Source: Synechococcus sp.
Lineage (GTDB): Bacteria > Cyanobacteriota > Cyanobacteriia > PCC-6307 > Cyanobiaceae
Direction of reading: 5' to 3'
DNA length: 64,000 nt
Assembly (NCBI GenBank): GCA_047284725.1
Contig: JBJBEO010000001.1
Span: 1,752,203 to 1,816,202 of the forward strand
In this document: positions 1 to 8,717 of the stretch, in pieces
Position numbering within the stretch: position 1 is the stretch's first letter
How the letters are laid out: each line of letters opens with the position of its first letter
The notes under the pieces: generated by a model
What the model was told of the DNA's origin: nothing
What the model saw: the letters and a program-made list of their open reading frames with translations, nothing else
Databases searched by the model: none
Translations under genes and position numbers: made by a program

Positions 1-2
1 CA

Positions 3-878
3 GCAGGCGACCCAAGATATTTCACAGATGACCCAGAAATACCTTGGATCACAGTAGGAGAACTAACAAAGGATGAAGAGAAATACCTAGAAAGAACAAA
101 GACATTTTTAACAGAAGAAGGAAAGGAAAGGAGCCGATTAATCAATGAGAAAACATTGCTACTGACCAATAGCGGAGCCACACTTGGAGTGCCAAAGATT
201 ACATTGATATCAGGCTGCATCAATGACGGCTCAGTAGCCCTTGAAGGCCTAGACGAACCACTTAAATCATATCTATACTATGTACTCAAATCCAAGACGC
301 AAGAACTAAGGAATATCAAGCAAGGCGCAGCTCAGCCAAATCTGAACACAACTATCGTAAAAAATATCCGCTTTTCATGCCCAGACGACAAGGAAGGCCA
401 GACAGAAGCAATCAACAAAATCGAAACGCTTTTTGAGTTGGCCGACTTGATTGAAAAGCAAATTGTTCAAGCCAAATCACAAATTGATGCAATAAGGAAT
501 TCGGTTTTAGACAAAGCCTTCCGCGGCGAGCTTGTTCCCCAAGACCCAAACGATGAGCCTGCCTCAGTACTGCTGGAACGAATCAAAGCCCTGCGCGAAA
601 CCGAAGCAGCAGCCAAAAAAACAGCCAAGCGGGGTAGGAAGAAGAAGGCTGCAGCCGCTCAGCTCGTCATTCCAGAAGGAATTGCCGACAACCACCTCGC
701 CAAGGTGCTTGAAGAGTGCGGAGCCTTAAGCGAGCGAGCCTTGCTTGCTGCTTCGGAGCTTGAGCCTGGGGTGTTTCAGCTGCAGCTCAGCAAGGAGCTC
801 GGTGCCGGTGGGCTCAAGCAAGTTGATGTTGATGGCGAAGCTGCCTATGCGGATGCAAGCTGGGAGGAGGAGGGATGA
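3..878 (+). CDS. hsdS: Type I restriction-modification specificity subunit S (5'-partial)
   Basis: Frame is open from position 3 (IPWITVGELT... TRD-like). Contains QGAAQPNLN and the conserved C-terminal DKAFRGELVPQDPNDEPASVLLERIK. Confidence 0.92.
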   Translation, partial: AGDPRYFTDDPEIPWITVGELTKDEEKYLERTKTFLTEEGKERSRLINEKTLLLTNSGATLGVPKITLISGCINDGSVALEGLDEPLKSYLYYVLKSKTQELRNIKQGAAQPNLNTTIVKNIRFSCPDDKEGQTEAINKIETLFELADLIEKQIVQAKSQIDAIRNSVLDKAFRGELVPQDPNDEPASVLLERIKALRETEAAAKKTAKRGRKKKAAAAQLVIPEGIADNHLAKVLEECGALSERALLAASELEPGVFQLQLSKELGAGGLKQVDVDGEAAYADASWEEEG

Positions 879-1816
879 GCGACCTCAACGCAGTGCCTGA
901 GATCCCCAAGTTCCATCAATTCATGCGGCCCCTACTCGAAGTGCTGCAAGAACAAGGAGAGCTGTCACGCAACGACGCCATCGAGGCTGTTGTGCGAAAA
1001 GTGGGCCTAAGTGAAGAACAGATGGCTGTTAGCCAAGAAAGCAATGGGAAAAGCCTGGCTCGCGGACGAATCGGCTGGGCTTCCTCATATCTCAGAGTTG
1101 CTGGTGCTCTCATAGGTCCGAAGCGCGCTTACTTCGCCTTAGGGCCTAACGCCGGGGCACTCTTGGCACTTGGGCGGCCAATCACACGCGCAGATCTAAC
1201 TGGGTTTAAGGAGTGGCAAGAACATCAGGCCGCCAAACAGGCCAAGAGTCAATCGACACCTGACAGCACGAGCGACATCAACACAGAAGACAGCACTCCT
1301 GAAGATCTGATCGAAGCAGGCGTCAAGCAGATCAAGGAGCAGTTGGTCTCTGACCTACTGGATCAGATGAAAGAGATGGATCCTCACGACTTTGAAGGGC
1401 TTGTCTTGGACGTACTCGCTGCCATGGGCTACGGCGGTGGTTCCAGGCAAGCCATGCAAGGGGTGCCGCGCGGACCTGACGGTGGCATCGACGGCAAGAT
1501 CAACGAAGACAAGCTCGGCCTGGATCAGATTTATATGCAGGCGAAGCGCTATTCGGAGAACTCAGTCTCCAGCGAGAAGGTGCAGGCCTTCGTTGGAGCC
1601 ATGACCTCAGGCGGTTGCCGAAAAGGAGTCTTCGTCACCACAAGCAAATTCACTGCTGATGCCGTCCGCTTCGCCAACAGCATTCGCGATCCACGTCTTG
1701 TTCTCGTCGATGGAGACAAGCTTGCCAGCTTGATGATTCAGCACGGGGTTGGCATCCAAAACAAAGAAATCAAAATTCCCAAGATTGATCTCGACTTCTT
1801 TAGTGGTGGGGATTAG
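875..1816 (+). CDS. mrr: Mrr-family type IV restriction endonuclease
   Basis: Mrr N-terminal IPKFHQFMRPLL...RIGWASSYL and catalytic DGGIDG...QAKRY...GVFVTTSKF. Overlaps the hsdS stop (ATGA). Confidence 0.93.
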   Translation: MSDLNAVPEIPKFHQFMRPLLEVLQEQGELSRNDAIEAVVRKVGLSEEQMAVSQESNGKSLARGRIGWASSYLRVAGALIGPKRAYFALGPNAGALLALGRPITRADLTGFKEWQEHQAAKQAKSQSTPDSTSDINTEDSTPEDLIEAGVKQIKEQLVSDLLDQMKEMDPHDFEGLVLDVLAAMGYGGGSRQAMQGVPRGPDGGIDGKINEDKLGLDQIYMQAKRYSENSVSSEKVQAFVGAMTSGGCRKGVFVTTSKFTADAVRFANSIRDPRLVLVDGDKLASLMIQHGVGIQNKEIKIPKIDLDFFSGGD

Positions 1817-1822
1817 TGAAAA

Positions 1823-2102
1823 TCACTCCCCCGCCTGAATCTCCCGCACCACCTCATCGATCTGATCGCTCAGATCGATTTCTCCGTTCTGCCCCGCCAG
1901 CTCCGCAAAACGGCGCCCCTACGGCAACAACCGGCTCTGCGCTGATCCCACGGCTGCATTAAAGCTCTTGTTCAAGCGAGTGATGTTGTTGCCGATGACG
2001 TTGAACTTATCGATTAAGGTTGAGAAGCGCTTGTGCAGCTCCACCGTCTGCGCCTGAAATTCATCGATGTTTTTGGCGATCTCCACCTGATCGATCGGCA
2101 TG
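1823..2102 (-). pseudogene. rmuC: RmuC-like protein, C-terminal remnant with in-frame stop
   Basis: Reads ELHKRFSTLIDKFNVIGNNITRLNKSFNAAVGSAQSRLLP*GRRFAEL...IQAGE*, which resembles the RmuC C-terminus. TAG at 1919-1921; N-terminal part absent. Confidence 0.65.
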
Positions 2103-2394
2103 GTGAAATCGACTGGGATCATGAAGCGCTCAGAAGTGGCGATCGGAACCACACAATCAATAGATAGATGCGATCAAAACAGCAACAATCACCTACAAGA
2201 AATGGTTCAACTTGATCTCGAGACGGAGTTCTTAGCCAAGCCAAAATACAAAGTGCTTAGAAGCTTCTCCAGACCGCATAACCATCCATGGGAGAAGTGG
2301 CAATCCGCCGGAATCCTTGCTAAGAATGGAGTGCTGCTTTAGAGGCAGCAAGCCATTGGCAGCTTATGCAGCAAAAGATCATCTTGCCGCAGCT

Positions 2395-2422
2395 TCTGCA
2401 GACCGCCTAAATACTGTTAGAT
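2395..2422 (+). other. attI-like / cassette 5' recombination junction (GCCTAAATACTG^TTAGAT)
   Basis: GTTAGAT (2416-2422) fits GTTRRRY and is the exact reverse complement of the attC inverse core ATCTAAC at 4721-4727. Confidence 0.6.
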
Positions 2423-4786
2423 TCTCCTCAGGGACCTCACATGGAATCAAAAGATTTACACGGATTTGCCTCAGATAGACCAATTACAAAAGTAGAAGAT
2501 GACTTGTTAGGTCGTTCAGGTTTTTCCACCGACTTGGCAGATGCGATGGCAAGTTGGCATGGAAACGATAGTTTGGTAGTAGCCTTACATGGTGACTGGG
2601 GGGCAGGAAAATCTTCAATTAAAAATATGGCTCTATCTCGGCTAGAGGCAATTACTGAAGACAAACCGGATATCATTCAGTTTTCTCCATGGGAGTGGGC
2701 TGCGCAAGATAAAATAACCGCTTCCTTTTTTCAAGAAATATCAAAATCAATAGGTCGAAAAGATAAAAGCAAATCAGGGAAAAAATTAGCGGCCACCCTT
2801 AAAAAGTATGGTCGTTATCTAAATACGGGCGAGACGGTAGTATCAGGTCTTTCTAGGGCACTCCCTACACTGTTCATTCTTGCAACACTTGTTGGAGTTG
2901 GCGGAAACTTTTCCAACGAAGCATGGGTCAACAACGCTAGCACCCTTATGCTACTTGTTTTAGCTTGTTTGGCTGCAATATTGAAGTGGGGGAAAGGTTT
3001 TCTTGAGAAGTTAAGTGGTAATGTTGAAGCAACTGCAAAGGAAAAAGAGCAGAGTTTGAGCGATATAAGACAGGAGTTAACGGCTTTGTTGCTAAAGCGA
3101 AAAGCCCCCTTGATCGTAGTAATGGATGACTTAGATAGGCTGACATCTTCTCAATTGAGGATGGTTTTTCAGCTTATAAAAGCAAATTTAGAATTCCCGA
3201 ATGTAGTATTCCTTCTTCTATTTCAACGAGGTCTAGTAGAAGATAAAATGAACGATGGGATGCAACTGGGTCGGGATTATTTAGAAAAAATAATCCAAGT
3301 GCCTTTTGATATTCCTCAGATAGAAACGACACGACTTCACAGCCTATTATTCAACAAGCTAGACAAAATCATCGAACAAGATAAATCAGCGACAGATATG
3401 TTTGATTCTGGCCGGTGGGGAAACATATTTCACGGCTCCCTGAACGCATACTTTGACAACTTGAGAAGCGTCTATAGGTATACCTCAACTTTATCATTCC
3501 ACTTTACATTACTTAAAGGTAAAAGTGCTTTTGAGGTCAATCCTGTAGATCTAATTGCGATTGAGTGTCTAAGAGTATTTGAGCCAGATGTTTATAAGGA
3601 AATCGCACGTTCGAAAGAAATATTCACCAAAAATGGATCGGATAGATATGGGAGAAGTGAGGATTCTACAGCTGCTTTAATCAATGGCATCTTGGATAAA
3701 GCAACTCCTGATAAACGAGAGGCTGTAAAAGAAATGGTGGAGCAACTATTTCCAACAATTGAATGGGCCCTAGGTGGGACTCAATATTCTGGAGATTTTG
3801 CCAGCACATGGTTAAGAGAGATGCGTGTTTGCCACCCCTCTAATTTTGACAAATACTTCCAATTTTCCATTCCAAGCGGCGAACTTTCAAACTCAGACTT
3901 ACAGGAAATGCTTAGTCTAACTGCCGATTCTGATAGATTTTCTTCATTTATCTTGTCGCTTAAAGAACGTGGCATTCTAAAAAATGCTCTTTCACAGTTT
4001 GAATCATTTACAGATGAAATTCCTTTAGAAAATGGGCAGGCTTACATTAAGGGGATTTTAGATATTGGTGACTGTTTCGATCATGAATCAACAGGTTTTA
4101 CGATGTTCAGCTCTAATACGCATGCTGTTAGGCTTGTTGTCTGGTTCCTACGACGTATTGATGACATTGAAGAAAGAGGGAAGCTGTTGCTAGAATGCTT
4201 CAAAGCATCGAATGGGATATCTATTGTCGAACATATACTGTTAGGTGATGAAATTCGGAGAGAAAAGTCGGATTCGGACCAAATTCTACGGGATGGAGAA
4301 TTTGAACAGCTTCAAGCAGAATTTGTACAAAAATTGGATAAAATGTCTAAAAATTCGCCCTCTGACCTACTTTCTCATGAGCACTTGGTATCCTTTTTGT
4401 ATAGGTGGAAGCGCTGGGGTGATGAGAACAAAGTTATAGATTGGTTGAAACTTCAGACCCAAACTACCGAAGGCTGTATAGCTTTATTGAAAAAATTTGC
4501 AGGTAAATCATCTTCTCAGGCCATGAGTGATTACGTAGTAAAAATTACGACCTATATCAAACTTGAAAATATTGAAAACTTTCTAGAGATTGCACCAATC
4601 CAAGAAAAAATACGTAATCTTGACGAGACTAAGCTTGATTCCGAAGCACAAGAAGCATTGAAAGCTTTCCAAGATGCATTGCAAAAAAGAGCAAAAGGAA
4701 TTGCCAATGATTGGTAGTGAATCTAACAAGTTGCTGCACTCGGAAAAATTACTCGCTACGCTCCTAATTTTCCGGTGAGCAAGGCG
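2417..4786 (+). mobile_element. Integron gene cassette carrying a KAP NTPase
   Basis: Starts TTAGAT 24 bp before the ATG, holds a single AT-rich ORF and ends in an attC with complementary core sites. Confidence 0.82.
2441..4717 (+). CDS. KAP-family P-loop NTPase (758 aa, two TM helices)
   Basis: DRPI...DDLLGR, Walker A GDWGAGKSS, FSPWEW, TM hairpin, Walker B IVVMDDLDR, YLEKIIQVPF. Confidence 0.93.
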   Translation: MESKDLHGFASDRPITKVEDDLLGRSGFSTDLADAMASWHGNDSLVVALHGDWGAGKSSIKNMALSRLEAITEDKPDIIQFSPWEWAAQDKITASFFQEISKSIGRKDKSKSGKKLAATLKKYGRYLNTGETVVSGLSRALPTLFILATLVGVGGNFSNEAWVNNASTLMLLVLACLAAILKWGKGFLEKLSGNVEATAKEKEQSLSDIRQELTALLLKRKAPLIVVMDDLDRLTSSQLRMVFQLIKANLEFPNVVFLLLFQRGLVEDKMNDGMQLGRDYLEKIIQVPFDIPQIETTRLHSLLFNKLDKIIEQDKSATDMFDSGRWGNIFHGSLNAYFDNLRSVYRYTSTLSFHFTLLKGKSAFEVNPVDLIAIECLRVFEPDVYKEIARSKEIFTKNGSDRYGRSEDSTAALINGILDKATPDKREAVKEMVEQLFPTIEWALGGTQYSGDFASTWLREMRVCHPSNFDKYFQFSIPSGELSNSDLQEMLSLTADSDRFSSFILSLKERGILKNALSQFESFTDEIPLENGQAYIKGILDIGDCFDHESTGFTMFSSNTHAVRLVVWFLRRIDDIEERGKLLLECFKASNGISIVEHILLGDEIRREKSDSDQILRDGEFEQLQAEFVQKLDKMSKNSPSDLLSHEHLVSFLYRWKRWGDENKVIDWLKLQTQTTEGCIALLKKFAGKSSSQAMSDYVVKITTYIKLENIENFLEIAPIQEKIRNLDETKLDSEAQEALKAFQDALQKRAKGIANDW

Positions 4787-4792
4787 TTACCG
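4721..4792 (+). repeat. attC site (72 bp)
   Basis: R'' ATCTAAC, 5-nt spacer, L'' GCTGCAC, inner arms CGGAAAAATTA / TAATTTTCCG, L' GTGAGC, 5-nt spacer, R' GTT. Extrahelical bases present; begins 4 bp after the ORF stop. Confidence 0.88.
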
Positions 4793-5722
4793 CAAACATT
4801 CCCGATGCAACTGTAGATACTGCTCCTGTAGCCGCGAAAATGGCTCAATAACATTGGCTGATGCTATCCCCCAACACTGCAACGCATCACCCGCAGCTTC
4901 GTGCTGCCAAATCAACTGACCATCAGGATCAAAACTGATCCAATGTCGATCGAATAATTTATCAACATGGGGAGACAGCAGCAATCCATTCGCGCCATCA
5001 AGGCGCTCCTGATGATCACAATCACGCCAGGGCTTGATGTGGCTGGCAATCAGGAATTCTTGCCTGGCCAAAGCCGTCACGCGACAAATCGGCTCCTGCT
5101 CAGCCACACGCTGCCGAAACAGGCCTTGCCCCATCCTCGCTTTCGTTAAGGCATCACGCTCGGTGGCGCTTGGAACCTGCTGCAGTTCCTGCACATCCTT
5201 CAACAGCGCATCAACAGAGGTTTGCTCTTCCGCCAGCACCAACAGATGCACTCTGATGGCGGGATCAGCATGGTCTTCGATCAACTGGATGAGGAGATGA
5301 CCCAACACCTCATCCAGCCCTGCGAGATACACCCCCTGATTGCCTCGCCCTGAGGTTGGTCTGATCGGGCTATGGCGCTCCGGCAAAAGGGGTTGAATCA
5401 AATCAAAGTGATCCAACGGCACCAAAGGCTGTTGCAGCGGTTGCCAAGCCACCCGTACCAGCCAGCCGTCATCTCCCCAGTACTCAACGGTGCTGCCAAA
5501 CTCAGGTGGCTTTGGCGCCGTCTCAGCCGCCGATTCCACCACACCAATCCGGCCGATCTTGGCGTAGGCATCACTGAACACCACATCACCCACCTGGCAG
5601 CGCGCCAGGTTGTCGTAGCTGACGTTCTTAGCGCCATTGGCATTCTGTTTAGGCGGCTAGATGGTGCCCCCTTCCGTTTCTTGCCGAACGGTCTGCTTTT
5701 GATTCACCCACCAGAACGCCAC
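4787..5722 (-). pseudogene. EVE/PUA-like domain + HNH endonuclease (putative modification-dependent REase) with in-frame stop
   Basis: Reads MAFWWVNQKQT...GGTI*PPKQNANGAKNVSYDNL...GDVVFS (TAG at 5657-5659). C-terminal ARMGQGLFR, ASHIKPW, NGLLLSPHVDKLFDRHWISF. Confidence 0.8.
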
Positions 5723-5775
5723 GACCAGACCAGGCCTCTCGATTCACCCTTAGCAAGCTGCCTGAGAGACCACAC

Positions 5776-6780
5776 CTAGTAATTCTGTTTGCCTGGAATC
5801 ACCCCCCTCACACCACCCCGCGGGTCAGGCGTGTCGCCGTTGCGCCTCGGGATCAGATGCCAGTGGGCATGCATCACCGTCTGCCCGGCCGACGCACCAC
5901 TATTGAGGCCGATGTTGAAGCCGCTGATGGAGGCATCCGCCAGCTCAAGCTCCTGCAGTCGCTGCTTCAGCAATGCAGCGACTGCATTCCACTCGGGCTG
6001 ATGAAGGTCCATTCCATCCGCCACATGCCGGCAGGGAATCACCAGGCTGTGGCCTTCAGTGACGGGATAGGCATCGGCGATGCAGACCGCCAGTTCGTTC
6101 CTGAGCAGAACCCGATCTGAAGACTGCAGATCACAGAAGAGGCATCCCTCCTGCCTGTGGCCATAGCTCTGCAGCACCCCGCGGAAGTCGGTGCTGTCGC
6201 TGTCCCTCTTGCCGGCGTTGCAACGGAAGCAGAGCGCCTGAAAGTTGGAGATGTCATCGGAACCAGCAAGGTTCTTCGGGATGATGTGATCCACCTCCAG
6301 CGCCGCCTGGTGCTCATGGGCACCGCAGCATTCACAGCGGCCCTTCGCGCGGGTGAACACCCGGTAGCGGATCGATCCGCTGATGGCCGTGCGATGGCGT
6401 GAGCGATGCGCGAAGACCTCATCACCGCGCTTCAGGCGAAAGGCATCGAGCTTCTGCCGGCAAAGCTGCAGCAGTGCATCCCGCTCCTGATCGCTGAGGT
6501 CGTCGGCCCCGACCAGGCTTTAGACGCCTCCGGCATGGGTCGTGATGCCGTTGGAGGTCAGCACCCGCCCCACCATCCGTTTCACCCGTTCGGAGTAGTA
6601 CTCGATCTGGGAGCTGTCCTCGCCGAGGATCCTGCGCGCGATGTCGTCTGCGGGTGCAGGGCTGCGTCTGCCGAGCAGCTCCATCAACATCAACGGCTGG
6701 TAGATGTGCGACATGCACATCCGCTGATTGATGTAAGCGGCGAGATACTCAAAGGCAGTTGATCGTGCAGGCTCCATCAT
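5776..6780 (-). pseudogene. HNH endonuclease-HIT hydrolase fusion with in-frame stop
   Basis: N-terminal MSHIYQPLML...IEYYSERVKRMVGRVL is in frame with CECCG..EVDHIIP..CFRCN (HNH) and HAHWHLIPR (HIT). TAA at 6520-6522. Confidence 0.8.
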
Positions 6781-6888
6781 TCGGGGGAGATGCGATGCAT
6801 GCCAGATCCCTGAACTGGACGTGGCGTGATGGCCTGGCAAGCAACAATCTGAATGAACTGATGAGCGACAACACCGCCTGGACGACCT

Positions 6889-6933
6889 AATGTGGTCACA
6901 TTGGCGAAGATAGACATGGCAGATGTAGTCACA
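6889..6933. promoter_or_regulatory. Probable TA autoregulatory operator (two TGTRGTCACA boxes)
   Basis: Inverted repeat AATGTG-GT-CACATT at 6889-6902 and TGTAGTCACA at 6924-6933, at the start of the antitoxin gene. Confidence 0.55.
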
Positions 6934-7218
6934 AGCCAGGTGTCGGTGCGGGATCTCAAGTCCCACCTCTCCGAATGGCTCGGCCGGGTGCAGGCCGGTG
7001 AGGAGGTGGAAGTCACCTCCCATCGCAAACCCATCGCCCGCATCACCGCTGTGAAGCCTGCGGACTCGGAGATCAGCAACCCGATGCAACAAGCGATTGA
7101 GGCAGGGTTGATCAGCTGGAATGGACAGAAGCCAGTGATGCCTCCACCGGTGAAGCTCAATGATGGAGGGCCACTGATCAGTGACCTCGTGATTGAGGGG
7201 CGTGAATCAACGCAGTGA
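6916..7218 (+). CDS. Phd/YefM-family antitoxin
   Basis: VSVRDLKSHLSEWLGRVQAGEEVEVTSHRKPIARI; overlaps the toxin start (GTGA). The start could be the GTG near 6940. Confidence 0.9.
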   Translation: MADVVTSQVSVRDLKSHLSEWLGRVQAGEEVEVTSHRKPIARITAVKPADSEISNPMQQAIEAGLISWNGQKPVMPPPVKLNDGGPLISDLVIEGRESTQ

Positions 7219-7640
7219 TTCTTTTCTGCGACACATCCGCACTTCTCAAACTGTTCATCAGCGAGGAAGACAGCGACGTCATGCTCAGGCAACACGCTGA
7301 CTGCACAGGCATCGCGGTGTGCAGGATCACCTGGGCGGAATCGATGGCCGCATTCGCGCAGCGCAGTCGGGTCAAGGGTGCAAACCAAACTGGACTGACA
7401 CAGGCCAGATCAATGTTCAAGCAGGCCTGGTCTGACTTTGCGATCGCTGAAATCACGCAACCACTGGTCGAAAAAGCCGGGGTATATGCCGAGGCATTCG
7501 CGCTGCGTGGCTATGACAGCGTTCAACTGGCAGCAGCTCACAATCTGCATGAACAGTTCAAGCTTCCGCTGACATTTGCCTGCTACGACCGTCGACTGAA
7601 TCAGGCCGCCCAGCTGCTTCAACTTGAGATATTGCCATGA
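7215..7640 (+). CDS. vapC: VapC/PIN-domain toxin
   Basis: FCDTSALLKL...E...LRGYDSVQLAAA...CYDRRL. Confidence 0.92.
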   Translation: MILFCDTSALLKLFISEEDSDVMLRQHADCTGIAVCRITWAESMAAFAQRSRVKGANQTGLTQARSMFKQAWSDFAIAEITQPLVEKAGVYAEAFALRGYDSVQLAAAHNLHEQFKLPLTFACYDRRLNQAAQLLQLEILP

Positions 7641-7776
7641 CCACCACTCCTGCCTCCACAGGCGGGATGGAGTGTCTGGTGAATCGTTGTTGCGCCAGAA
7701 ACAATCCAGCCACAAGCAACCAAAGCCTTCAGATCGTTGAGAAGCAGCGAAGAGCGCATGGATGAGCCAGAACGAC

Positions 7777-8145
7777 TCAACCGATCCCCAGCACCTGTTT
7801 CAGCATCGCCACCAACTCCTTCTTGCTGAAACTCTCCAAGGGTGGTGGCGGCGGTTGAACGCCTTCTGCCTCCAGGGCTTTGCAGAGCTCAAGCTTTTTG
7901 AGTTTGGAAAACCCCTTGATCCCGTGCTGTTTGCACAGCTGCCTCAACGTGGCCACGGTCTGCTGCTGAAAACGCCCTTGGCCAAGCAACGCTTTCGCAT
8001 CAATCTGCCCCGGCAAGACCGGAGCAGGCGATGCCACCTGAGCCGTTGCCGCCTTCAGCTCCTGATCGATCTCCCGCAGCGCCCTGGCATCCGAGGCAGC
8101 CACCGCTTTGAGGTTGGCCCGCAGGGCATCAGCGAGTTGGCCCAT
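7777..8145 (-). CDS. Hypothetical protein with SAP/Rho-N-like helix-extension-helix motifs
   Basis: TVATLRQLCKQHGIKGFSKLKKLELCKAL and SFSKKELVAML. Overlaps the upstream gene. Confidence 0.7.
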   Translation of the reverse strand: MGQLADALRANLKAVAASDARALREIDQELKAATAQVASPAPVLPGQIDAKALLGQGRFQQQTVATLRQLCKQHGIKGFSKLKKLELCKALEAEGVQPPPPPLESFSKKELVAMLKQVLGIG

Positions 8146-8614
8146 CGCCGGTCTCCTCGAGATGAGATTGAACGGTCTGCTGTTTCTCCACCAGCACCTG
8201 CAGCTGCTGCTTGGTGGAGGTCCAGCGATTGATGAACCGGATCACAGCCTGAATCAACCGGCCGATGAAGCCAGCGCCCTGCATCGAACGGCGGCCTTTC
8301 TGATAAGCCCCGAACTCATGCACCAGATCGTCACCGGCATCTTCCAGTTCGCCCACCACATTGGTGACGATCTCCAGCATTTCGTAGGCCTCCTGGCGCA
8401 CGGAGGCTTCCCGGGTCGCGATCGCTCGCAACCGGGTCTCCAGCTGCTGCATCGCCTCACGGTTCCGCTCCGCCTTGCCGCGATACACACCCCGGCTCAC
8501 CATCAGGCCCCGGTAGCACCGGCGCAGCTCAAGGTACGCCGCATCCAGCTCTTCGCGTTCAAGCGTGTCGGGCTTGGCGGGGAAATCCCCCGTCGGCGGG
8601 AAGGCTGTGGTCAT
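8129..8614 (-). CDS. Hypothetical coiled-coil protein
   Basis: Helical, charged 161-aa ORF with host-like codon usage, overlapping 7777-8145. Confidence 0.7.
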   Translation of the reverse strand: MTTAFPPTGDFPAKPDTLEREELDAAYLELRRCYRGLMVSRGVYRGKAERNREAMQQLETRLRAIATREASVRQEAYEMLEIVTNVVGELEDAGDDLVHEFGAYQKGRRSMQGAGFIGRLIQAVIRFINRWTSTKQQLQVLVEKQQTVQSHLEETGDGPTR

Positions 8615-8717
8615 CGGCCACGGACATCGGTTCTCTGAGCATGCAGCAAGGCAGGCGCCAATCTCCCCCTCTTCAAAGGATGTTCACCATGGGCTGGTGG
8701 GTGCCCATCCGGCGCGC

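Noticed and set aside
1820..2415. Possible integron integrase upstream of the cassette; ORF 2100-2342
   Set aside because: No tyrosine-recombinase motifs seen; the short ORF has no recognisable features.
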